A DNA stretch of 63,240 nt, the filler included, from Intoshia linei (lineage: Eukaryota; Animalia; Orthonectida): NCBI GenBank assembly GCA_001642005.1. It is 8 parts of 8 records of this genome, joined end to end, with 100 filler letters (N's around TTAATTAATTAA, not from the genome) between each part and the next. Parts side by side here need not be neighbours in the genome. Positions count along the whole stretch, not along the records: positions 51,537 to 52,679 come from LWCA01002771.1; positions 52,780 to 59,008 come from LWCA01001688.1; positions 59,109 to 60,324 come from LWCA01002766.1; positions 60,425 to 63,240 come from LWCA01002209.1; 4 more parts are not named here. The stretch is one strand, 5' to 3'. Of the stretch, positions 52,196-63,240 are shown one piece after another. The stretch's first letter is position 1; every line of letters starts with the position of its first letter. Under the pieces are notes generated by a model. That model searched no databases. It saw nothing but the letters and a program-made list of their open reading frames with translations, and was not told the origin of the DNA. The position numbers and the translations under genes are program-made.

Positions 52196-52412
52196 TATAA
52201 ACGAGATTTAAATTATTTTTTCATTATTTCATATGTTATACATATATTTATTAATTACCATGTAAACTATAATTATAAAAATATAATTAAATGATTATAA
52301 CTTTATACACTTTCTTAAAATTAATTGAATAACGAATTATTGCATAACTTTGGAATTTTTTCAAAAATAAAGTGATGACGAAAGACGATGAACCTGTTGG
52401 TATAGGTATATA

Positions 52413-52679
52413 TTCAAAACAAAACAAGTAAAAATTCAGTTACTTTTATGTGTCTCTATGCGAAAAAGATTTGTAAATTTGATATACTAATAATAAAATA
52501 CATTTTCTTTAAAAAATAAAACCGGAAATCGATGGGTCCATTTTAAAAGTAACTGAATTTTTACTTGTTTTGTTTTGAACCAATCAATTCTCATACAATA
52601 TGTATTTTTTTCAAAAATGTATTTTATTATTAGTATATCAAATTTACAAATCTTTTTCGCATAGAGACACATAAAAGTA
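52413..52679. repeat. Two interlocked perfect inverted repeats (66 bp and 36 bp)
   Basis: 52441-52506 = rc of 52614-52679; 52413-52448 = rc of 52544-52579. Confidence 0.9.
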
Positions 52680-52779
52680 NNNNNNNNNNNNNNNNNNNNN
52701 NNNNNNNNNNNNNNNNNNNNNNNTTAATTAATTAANNNNNNNNNNNNNNNNNNNNNNNNNNNNNNNNNNNNNNNNNNNN

Positions 52780-52905
52780 ATTATGTTGTTCATTGGATTA
52801 TTTGATAATTATCACGTTATTATAATAACGTATCATTTTTAAATGCAGAATGCTGCAAACGTTTCGCTCTATGTCTCAAAGCATTTTTGTAGTCTTCCCT
52901 GACTC
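52780..52905 (-). mobile_element. Second-copy fragment of the Sola2-like transposase
   Basis: Close match to about 59932-60045. Confidence 0.7.
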
Positions 52906-54043
52906 TAAATCTCGTCTAAACACGTCTGATCAAAATCATAATTATTTTTAAGGATAATTATCCTTAATGCGCACTTTTTAAAGTGTGCCTTATATACTAC
53001 ATAATTTTATCATATTAAAGTACTGACATTTGAATCAATGTGATAATATATTATTTATTTGTTATTTATTACTCCTTGGGGAACCTCGACATGCTTTCGA
53101 AATTAAAGAATTTTTTTATGGGCATAGAGAATATTAGCTTTGGTGTTAATTATTATTAGTTAAAACTTAATTGAATGTACAATGATGTATAATAGTTTTT
53201 CAATTAGTAAATAAAACAATAATAATTATATACCTTCTTCTATAATTTTTTTTTTCCTTTCTCTGTCATTTTTCTTGACTTCATCGTTATTCTTTGTCTT
53301 TTTCGCGCAATTGGGACAATTTTCATGTGTATTGGTCATTTTTATATCAATTGATTGATTTAATTAATTTCAATTTAATTTTATTGGTGTTACAATATTT
53401 AAAAGTCTCAGAATGACATCTTAACGATGCTTATTTCTAAATTCCTTTTCAAATAAGATGCATATGTTAAAATTTCAGAGTTTTATTGAGAATGTGTAAA
53501 TATTTATTTTAAAATTAATATAATTGGAAGTTTTGGCGTTACAGAATTTTTTTGATTTCGATTTTATCAATTATCTCAGCTTATTTTTTAATTAAAATTA
53601 ATTTTTTACATGTATATGATAAGAAATTATTTTATCAACGTAACAAACCGAGATTGGTCTATTTTTATTCGATACAAATTAGATATGTCGATTTATATTT
53701 ATACTTAATATTCTGTAAAAGCAAATTTTTATTTAACATACATCAAAACGTCTATAAATAGTGTTTAAATATAATTTTTTTGGCAGGTATTTTATAATTA
53801 TTGTAAAATATAGGATTTATGCTCAACATTAAACCAAAAAAATAAATCTAATTTATCATTTTAATTTTTGCTATTTTGATATTTAGTGTAAAGAATGGGC
53901 CTATAAACATAAAAAATTCTGTTAGAACACTACTACCTGTATATATGGAAATATTTATTATAAATTATTGTGGGGCGTATAAATTTCGTAAGGATAAAAG
54001 TAGTGCATGACACTTAAAAGGGTGGGAAACACATAAATCTAAA

Positions 54044-54290
54044 GCGTGGTGCACAACCTGTCCATCAATTAAGCCGCAAACCTACTTTAGTCATTGATAC
54101 TACGACCACACAAAATTTTATATTTTTTCCTGTTATATCGAATTAATATACCGACATAAAATTTTACATATACATTAATATATGTATTTTATATGTACAT
54201 AAATTTTTTTAAATAAAACAAAATTTTTATTATGACATGGATTGTCTATGGCCGCACATAAACACTCTCGCGGCACAGGTTATGCACCTG
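54044..54290. mobile_element. hAT MITE
   Basis: CGTGGTGCACAACCTG…CAGGTTATGCACCTG termini; flanks ATCTAAAG/CTCTAGAG. Confidence 0.65.
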
Positions 54291-56022
54291 CTCTAGAGTC
54301 TAGACTAAATTTTTCTGTGTACATTAACTGTATTAGCTATAATTTATTAATATATTTTTCAAAATAATGGTAGTTTTGGTCATGAAGTTGCAATTTTGCA
54401 TTTGAAATTTATCTTACTTTCTGCATCGGCAAAAACTGACTTGGCATTTTTTGTTTAAATTTCTGGAACTCAGTTATATAATTTTATTCGCAAACATACA
54501 TATTTGTTTCAACTTTTACTTTATAGGAAGAGTAATGTAGAACTTCATAGTAATTATGTGTAAGAGTGTGTCGATAAATGAAGTCGTCGAATGTTATGAG
54601 AATAACAATTATGATTGTTAATTAATAATTAATAATCACATTATACACTGTGTCGTCTACCCTAAGGTGTAGATTCTACACTGGAGAAAATTGAAAAAGA
54701 AAAATTATATTTCTGGAATCAAACTTTTATATCAAATAAAGTTTAAATTTATCTAAAGATAAAAATAGTAACCAATTCATCAAATATATTTGAGATTATG
54801 CACTATTAGCGACGCAATAAAGAGAACATTATTGCTATAAAATTTCTAAAATAATGTTACGAACATTAAACTACATTTGCAATTTTTTACGATTCTCTCA
54901 AGCCAGAAGAAGAGGTAACATTGCATGAACAACATTATTTTATTTTAATATTCATAAATACGTACAGTAATAATTCGAAGCATTTCCAATATTTTTGTAA
55001 CTATTTATCCAAATTACTCTTATTAGGAAAATTAAGCCATTATTGCGAAACTCGTTTATTGAAATACCCTAATGATGAATTGTAATAATGTTCAAAGTTT
55101 GAATAACATTACGTATTTCGTAATTTCTACATGCCCAACGCATCGTACCTGTATATGTATAATATACATATTGAATAATTGAATTTGTTTGATGTTTTTT
55201 CTTTAAATTGAGTAATGAAAATAAGCAGATCGTTCTCAGTTTATTGAAGGTTAAAAGGATTTGGCCTTATCTTTTGTTGTTTTGGTTTTGATGAATTAAC
55301 ATCCTTTTCCTTTTTTAAAAGTTTTTTATATATAAATGTGGTTATTTAACTTAAGTAATAAAAGAGGTCAAGTTTTGTATCTTGTTAAATCAGTATATAT
55401 TTTTATGAAAGTATTTGTTAGTTCGTGGTTTTCATTGTAGTTCACTGTTATTATGTTGAGCCACATGAGAGACACCTTGAACAGTATCGCATCGATCTTT
55501 CTTATTGCATACCCTCTAAAGTTACCGTTATAATAATGGTCTCCTATAAATTTGCTGCGGTTGCAACTTATTTTTTAATTAGTGGAGTGTGCCTCTAAGC
55601 CCAAGCTTTCATATTCTTTAATAATATTCTACATCTCCGGAAGCTTATGACTAGGCAATTTGTAAAATATAATTAATGCATCGTCTCCCATGTATTGCTT
55701 TTCGACTACTAATTTTTTTAATCCGTTCCTCTTCAAAACCATTCTTGCAGTAGCCATGTTGAGTAATGTTTAACTCCAGCCGGATCTTGATGAAATTAAC
55801 TATTTCGACAACTTGATTAAAAACTTTTTTAATATCTATATTTATATACTTCGATAATATATTTCAGATTTTGAACATTGACGGAGTTATATTAGTCAAA
55901 TATTAATACATGACTTCCATGATAAATTCTATTTTTGAAAATATTAATAATATCTTCCCTTAGTAGTGAGCAGTTCTACACAGCAAAGATATTGAATCAC
56001 TATTTCACCACAATTTCCTATT

Positions 56023-56403
56023 TTAGAATTTAGCCTGTGGTGTTCCTCTTATTTCTTTAGAAAAATTAGTATTTTGTGAAGAACAGAATTTTACTTTGAT
56101 GAGTGATATATACACCCAAGAGTCTATTTTTATTCTACCTTAAAAATGTTAAGGTTAGATTGAGAATTTTTTTATAAATTAAAAATAATGTAAAATTAAA
56201 ATTTAATGGATTTTTGACAACAATCTAGAATTTAAAAACCAAATATTGTCAATGATCATCGAATTCATTGATTTGCCTTTGAATCGGGTTTCAAATGTTT
56301 TCAAAGTTTGATGAAAGCGTTCACCATGCTCATCTGATATAAGATGAGAAACTGGTAATTGATCATAATGACATTGCAACAGGTGCACTTTAAAACTCAT
56401 CAA
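56023..56403 (-). mobile_element. Chapaev-like (CMC) transposase C-terminus and 3' flank; second copy at about 46480-46678
   Basis: MSFKVHLL..H…SDEHGERFHQ..K.FE.RF.G motif. About 195 bp is shared with 46480-46678. Superfamily assignment is from memory. Confidence 0.65.
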
Positions 56404-56416
56404 ACGGCCTATTTTA

Positions 56417-56988
56417 GAATACGAAATAACACGTATTTCGTTTTAAAAAACTATACAGAATTTGATCGATTAACACAAAATTCAAACAAGGATATTAACC
56501 AATATTCAATATCATTTATCAATAAAGATAATTCTGGAATTTATCAATGTTTTGATGCTATAAGAGATGTTAGATACAATTCATTTTTAACAATTTTAGG
56601 TATTAATAAATGTATGGTATATCAAGGTGAACAAGAATCTGAATCGAGAAATTTGGAATCAAATGTGGTTACAAATTTTAAATGTTCAATTGAATATATG
56701 GGTTTTGTTACATTAAGTATTGATATTGACACAAAGGGTATTATTGACAATAATATGATTAAAACTGAATGTTAAACATCCTACAAAAATGCATTGGCGA
56801 ATTTTAATTAAATATGTTGAATTTAAAACTTCATCTAATCATCATCGTCAATCTTTTAAGTGTCAATTTAATTTTAATCATTTTCATAATAATTTTGACA
56901 AAAAAAACGAACAAGTGAACGTTGAATGGAGCGAATACATTCCTGATTTTACAGATCAGTGTGAATCTGTCATGACAGTTTATTATGG
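56417..56988 (+). pseudogene. Immunoglobulin-superfamily exon relic (two Ig-like domains)
   Basis: Follows a TTTTAG acceptor; DNSGIYQC (Ig F-strand DxGxYxC), FKCSIEY, and SFKCQF…TVYYG; internal stop at 56773-56775 plus a frameshift. Confidence 0.6.
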
Positions 56989-57289
56989 ACTATTATTATG
57001 TTTTCTTTTATTGTAGTTACCACTGTTGTTATTCTGTTGTTAAGTAGAATTGTGGGTTATTGTCAGTGTTAATCATTATGTGTTAGTTCGAATTATTAAG
57101 GTCGAATCTGATGCAGTATTTACAATTTTTTCCAACGTTTTTTTTCTTATTAGGGAACATTGTTATATAAGTATTATTCTTGTTTATCAGTGTACAGCAA
57201 CTTGTCATTAATTCTACTTTTCTTAAGTCTTTAAAATTCACCATGTGAACGTTTATACCCAAGTAAGCACGCGCCTTATTTATGGAGTG

Positions 57290-58283
57290 AATATCAATTA
57301 TTTTAAACATTATTATGATCATTTAGATTAAATTCCTCCCAAATATTTGCAATTTCGTCATATATTGTACGACCCTTACCATTATTCAAAGATCGTAAGA
57401 CTATAAGTCTTCCGTAATTTTCTCCAGAAATGCAAACTGCCAATTTTTCTATCTTACGTCCGTCATATCCTATTATACGTTTTCCGTCAAAATGCAAACA
57501 GAATTTTAGTTTAAAAGAGAATAGATCATTTTTTAATGTATCTTTAATAGATTTCAAAATTTTGTTGGCATTATAAAATATGGTACTTTTACTTGGAATT
57601 TTTGAATCATTAATTGACAAATTTAGAATTTTACGCACCTTTCGAAAGGAAGTATTTGTAATAATAGATGCTACAGCGGATTATTTTGCTGAAATAGTAT
57701 CAAATTGATTGAATGTATAATCTTCATCCATTAAGTCATCCGAATGAGGTTCAATTAATTCAGAAACCGAAAAATTAAAATCTTGATTTTTAATTCTTTT
57801 TCTTTTGTTAATAATAAAATTATTATCGATAAATGATGAACTGCATTGACCAATATTTCTTTGACTATTTAATTGTGTCTGTAAAAATGTTTCATCTTCT
57901 TATAATATACGTTATTATCATATATTCTTATTTCTGTCTATGAATTTTGGATAATTTTTATAACTGAACGAACTTTCAATTTAACAAGAGATAAATTAAT
58001 TGGTGTTGTTATATAGATAGTTTAGTTTACTACTTATTGAAAAAAGGATTAATATACAATTAAAATGTACAACATTACAAATGTATACGCTTTAATAATA
58101 ATAATTATAAAAATAGTATTTCAAATAACTTCAACTTCATATTAATTTATATTTAAATATGCACGGGTCCCCGCCTGAGCAAATGTGAATATCATGGTCT
58201 ATAAATTTGTATATACCATCCTTGAGGTAAATGGGAAACATTGACGAGGTATACTTTTTCTATAAAAAAAGTTGGACACCTTA
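57290..58283 (-). mobile_element. Third, more divergent hATm-like element (5' part)
   Basis: rc terminus TAAGGTGTCCAACTTTTT; IPSKS, LHFDGKR, EKLAVCISG and NGKGRTI are homologous to the 13183-15349 transposase. Confidence 0.75.
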
Positions 58284-58479
58284 CTGTATAGTGAAATATC
58301 GATAATACATATAGTCAATTATACATACAGCAAAATTGTAAATTTAACTTTTGTACTGTAGTGAGATATATATGTTTAACTATTTACAAAATATCTACAA
58401 TAAGTATTTTGTAATCTTCAATCAATTTGATCAATCAAACAAGTTTGATGAGTAACCATGTTACTACACCTCCATCGTT

Positions 58480-59008
58480 AATTTAATATGTAATCTTTTA
58501 CTTAATCTTAATGTTGTGGAATTTTTACATCTCTTTGAATTCTTGTGCGAGGAACATACAAATTTTTTTGTTTTGAGATTATTGGAAGATTAGGAGTAAA
58601 ATTTTCAGCATGATGAGAATATGTTTTTTGCACTCGTTTATCATAATTTACGACTCGGTTGTTATGAATTTTTTATGTAATTTTACCAATCTATCTATTT
58701 CTAATTGCTTTTTACAATTTTTGTTTATTATATTAATACCAAATACTAATTCAGCTGGAGAAAATTTTGTTTTAGAGAATGGAGTGAATCGCAATGTCAT
58801 CAGAATATATTTTAGTATATCATCCCAATTATTATCATGTTGATTTGATGAAATTCGTATTTTTTCTTTAATTGTTCGGTTATATCGTTCGACCAATCCA
58901 TTTTGCCAATAACAATAATGCTGGGAATGAGTTTCCAAAATTTTAAATGATTCGCATAGGTTTTTTATAACACTATTTTGGAATTGTTTACCACAATCCA
59001 TTTGAATT
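58480..59008 (-). mobile_element. Gypsy-type integrase relic
   Basis: DCGKQF, QNGLVERYNRTIK, WDDIL and FSPAELVFG. Confidence 0.85.
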
Positions 59009-59108
59009 NNNNNNNNNNNNNNNNNNNNNNNNNNNNNNNNNNNNNNNNNNNNTTAATTAATTAANNNNNNNNNNNNNNNNNNNNNNNNNNNNNNNNNNNN
59101 NNNNNNNN

Positions 59109-60324
59109 GGGTATTGGTTATAATAGTGTAAAAATTCAAATTAAAATATAAAAATAAACTTTTTAAAATTAATATAGAATTTCAATACATTTTAAATGTA
59201 ACATTTATTTATAAAATATTTTATTAGATATGTAATAAAAGGATGCTCTCCAGTGTGTTCTCTTAGTATTAGGAGATTTTTATCTATTTCAATATCATGG
59301 CATTTTCCAATGTCAACAAATTTTGTTTCGTTCCATTTGTACTTTTTAACTCTACGACCTTTTTCAATGAAGGTATTTGGGCATAACCTCTGAGCCGTAC
59401 TAACAAATGTTATTGCATCATTGACAATAGGGGCATCATGTCTTTTGGACATTACTTATTTTCGCATCATATGCTTCACTTGCCCCAAATCCAATCAACA
59501 ACACCCTTCCCATGGCTTGTTGCAAAAAATCTCCAATGAATTTTGTATAAATATTTAATTTCCAAAATTTTTAATGTCTGTACAAGATATTTATTTTTAA
59601 ATTCATCGTATGGTCCATCAGACCATACGATTACAGTTTTGTTTTTTATTATATACATATTAAAAATTTGATTTAAATATGTTCTAACAGCATTTTTCCC
59701 TTTGTCTCGATTGTTGGTACACAAAGCAAAAAGGTGTGTTTTTGTAGAGTCAAATACTGCCGTGGTAAATATATTCACCTGTGTGCGTGCCCANAAGCAA
59801 AAAGGTGTGTTTTTGTAGAGTCAAATACTGCCGTGGTAAATATATTCATCTGTGTGCGTGCCCACAAACCAGCTTGAATTTTATTTTGTGATTCACAACC
59901 ATATGCCATTGCAAAATCCACTTGCATCACGATTATATTGTTCATTGAATTATTTGATATTAACGTATCATTTTTAAATGCAGAATGCTGCAAACTTTTC
60001 GTTCTACTATATCTCAAAGCATTTTGGTAGTCTTCCCTGACTCTGCTTATTAATAAATCTTGTGGAGATAAATTAATAAATAAAACTACTCTATTGTTAT
60101 TGTTTTTGCTCCATTGCCTCTAAGTTACAATATTTTCAGTAGGATCATTTGACTTTACAAATTTTGAACAATTTTTACATTGACCTTTAAAGCATTCTGA
60201 ATTTGAATCGGTGTTACATAAAAAAGGACCAGTCAGTAGACCATTTTAATGCATTTAATTTATATTTAAAGTTTTCATGAATCATGCACTTGCACTGATC
60301 CTTTGGACAATTATTCATGAGAAA
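59109..60324 (-). mobile_element. Sola2-like DDD transposase relic
   Basis: QVDFAMAY..QNKIQAGLW, WSDGP..EFKNKY and FFATSHGKGVVD motifs. Superfamily assignment is from memory. Confidence 0.75.
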
Positions 60325-60424
60325 NNNNNNNNNNNNNNNNNNNNNNNNNNNNNNNNNNNNNNNNNNNNTTAATTAATTAANNNNNNNNNNNNNNNNNNNN
60401 NNNNNNNNNNNNNNNNNNNNNNNN

Positions 60425-60600
60425 TCTCCATTTTACCACCAAATGCGCCCTTAAAATTTCTCTTCTCGAAATTTTTTACTTTTTCTCCCAACGCCAACTC
60501 TTTACTGATTAGACTCGCCTTTGATCCAGTATCTATCAAAATTTTTACGCCATTTCCTTCCAATTTCATTAATAACAGCATGTACCACTGATTATTTCTT
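60425..60600 (-). mobile_element. Retrotransposon aspartic protease relic
   Basis: VKILIDTGSKASLIS and FKGAFGG. Confidence 0.75.
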
Positions 60601-60747
60601 TTATATAACAAAAAAACTTACGAAAAAAAAATTTTTGTGTGGGACTTGATTCTAAAAGGTTCTATTTCGGTATTGAAGATTTAGCAAAATTAATTAACAG
60701 ACGTAAAATGTGTTTATTTAGTTACAATAGTTCAAATATATTATAGT

Positions 60748-61410
60748 AGGATCAATATTTACATTTTCAATTTTTATTTTAATCGAAATATTTGAAAAAG
60801 TATTGGTTGATAATATATTAAAAATTATTTACCATCGGGAATGCGTAAATTTTTCGGGTTGAACTTTTGTATTTATATCAACTGGAATAAGCTCTATCAG
60901 AATAATTTTTTTTTTTTTAATTTTTGGACTATTAATTATTTTACATTTTGTTTTAATAAAATATATGAATACTAAAATGCTTTTTTGACCGTGAAGTCGA
61001 CACTTATTCAGATTAAAATTTTTTGTGTGTGTTAACAGGATACAACTGTAGCTGTAAATTTTTTTAATTATAGGGCTGCTTTTATAAAATAAAAAAAATC
61101 ATAATTTGTGGTTTTGACCCTCAAGATATAATTTTTTTAAATTTAAATTTATGATAATGTTTATGATTTTAAAATCCGTATTAACGTATACAGTATATTT
61201 TTTTAAATTCTATAACTCGTTGAATTTTCAATAAAAAGGACAATTGGGGTTTTGGACCCGTAAGGTGTGCGTTTGGGAAGTTGAAATTCATCTTGTTTTC
61301 ATTCACGGAAAAAACTGTAATAGAAATATGGAGTTTATAAAATTCTAAAACTCTTAGTTATTGAAATAAACGATAACACACATAAACAAAGAGTTAAGTA
61401 CAAGTAAGGA
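60748..61410 (-). mobile_element. Helitron-like family A copy
   Basis: rc starts A|TCCTTACTTG; collinear with the 40599-41427 copy. Confidence 0.7.
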
Positions 61411-62518
61411 TGATTATATTGAAATGTTAATCATAATAATTTAAATTTATTACTTAATTTCATGTCACATTGATTTAAGATGTGCAGAGTTATGAATTTA
61501 CAATCTTATTACGATTTATGGGTGTTATTAATTTAAATTTTAAGTTATAAGCAGGGGTCGGCAACCAGTAGCCCACATAATTTTGTGGTCTTTCAAGTAT
61601 ATATGTAAATTATTTATTTTTAAAATTTTCAATTTTTAAACACTTTTTTACCATAATTGGCTCATTTTAATCATTTTAACTCTGAATTTTCAGATCGCCT
61701 GAATATTATGATGTTGAATATGCTAGAACCGTTTATCTTCAGTTGATATATTTCATTAGCATTAATGTCAAATAATTAGTTACTGTTTATACGTTGTAAA
61801 TATGATTTTTTAAATTCAAAAAAACAGAAGAACTTAATCTAGTATTAATTTTTTCAACATGTAAGTTATTACTGCTTCTCTATCCAAAAGAGTAAAATTA
61901 TTCCTACTCAATTGGGCAACCGATAATTAGCATGCTTTTCTAATATTTTATTTCGGTAAACCGGTTTGACAACACTATTCATTTTCGATATTAATAGGGT
62001 TGTATATAATATCAATGAAATACTATTCTTAAGTGGAATTTTAAAGTGGTATTCTTATTTTTTACAGGGTACTGGAAATAATTGATCTGACTAACGGGGT
62101 GCTAAATTTAAAATTGACGTAAATATTTATTAACATTTAACATTTAAAAAAACTTAATTATTTTTTTCGTCGTCTATTGTCGTACCATACATAATATTTT
62201 GATAAAAATTTTTAGATTTAGGATTATATGGGTATCTAAAAGTCGAATGTAATTATATTTTATAAATTAATTTTCACAGTGAGACTTACGGTTAGTAGAT
62301 AACTTAATTTTGAGGCATTGAATTATTAGTACGAGATATGGAAAACTATAAAAATACGACTAATAAATAACTAATTTTTAAAATTTCAATAACATATATT
62401 ACATTTATCATATACATGTGCAGTTAATTCCATTTAAATTTAAAAAAATCAACGCCAATTTTTTTCGGGAACGTCCCTACTGTTATATTTTTAGTATATT
62501 AAAATTTTAATAAATTAC

Positions 62519-62769
62519 CTCTTATCATATTCTATGATTGCAGATTTTCTGGCTTGGTATAATTTTGTCAAATATAGTTCAAGTGTCATATTCATCGTTT
62601 TGGCAATTTGCTTGAGACGGGTAGAATAAGGTGGATCACGTTTCATTTTATTTAATTCTTTATCAGCATACTCAATTATTTCATCCAAATATAATGCTAC
62701 AGTGTGCTTATTTTTATTTACAGTTCTGTCAGCAAAATCTACGATTTTTTTCGGTGTTATATCGTACAC
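62519..62769 (-). CDS. Internal exon of an unknown gene
   Basis: CCAG| acceptor, about 83 open codons (YDITPKKIVDFADR…IIEYDK), then a |GTAATT donor. Confidence 0.5.
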
Positions 62770-63240
62770 TGGACATCGGATAAAAACGTAAAAAATTAAA
62801 TATAATGTGTAAATGATGTAGTTCATTATAAATGATTGTGAAATAAATTACTACATTTATTAATATTAGCACATCTGTATTTATGTATCATAACTAAGTT
62901 GACTGTTGTGCACTATGTACAAACATTACCTACTGTTTTTTCTTGATTATAAGCAGATTACTGAAATACAAATTTTCAGTGAAATTTTTAAATAAAATTT
63001 GAATATAAGCAGTTTCTGCTTGTATTCGAAAGAACGAACTTTAAACAAAAAATAGACAACATATCAATTTATTTCTAAAAAATAACTTCCTTCATACAAT
63101 AGAATGTCTAATTCATAAGTTTTTACTACTAGGTCGTTTCATAAGTAATGTCGTTTTTTTAACAAAATTAAAAAGTTTATTTGATAACATTAAAAATAAA
63201 GTTATATTATAAAATATTCACCATTGCTTTCCACAGTCTT

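Noticed and set aside
59725-59863. About 69-bp tandem duplication inside the Sola-like transposase
   Set aside because: Also split by a single N; most likely an assembly artefact rather than a true duplication.

Overview
Very AT-rich eukaryotic (metazoan-type) genomic DNA. It consists of 8 sequence blocks joined by 100-bp artificial linkers (N44-TTAATTAATTAA-N44), so adjacency across linkers is not evidence of synteny. Host genes have many tiny (35-60 nt) GT-AG introns. I reconstructed five spliced genes by hand: a full-length but very divergent major vault protein (MVP; 13 exons, about 825 aa), presequence protease (PITRM1; about 968 aa), a Polycomb RING1/RNF2 E3 ligase (C-terminus uncertain), formylglycine-generating enzyme (SUMF1; 376 aa, ending in HDEL) and a FAM173-type mitochondrial lysine methyltransferase (192 aa). 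There are also orphan or decayed exons (STE20/STRAD-like kinase, Ig-domain, unknown). The rest is a diverse, often nested set of decayed transposons: a non-autonomous Helitron-like family, pogo/Tigger, Tc1, mariner, Buster/Charlie hAT, CGGBP1-like hAT, hATm-like, piggyBac, Sola2-like, Chapaev-like, MULE-like and Gypsy relics. MVP presence, micro-introns and extreme divergence would fit a reduced spiralian parasite such as an orthonectid, but that is inference only. Homology calls are from recalled family motifs, not searches. I found no convincing new multi-gene system. The best leads are the divergent vault, the HDEL-bearing FGE, the Helitron architecture and the orphan genes.
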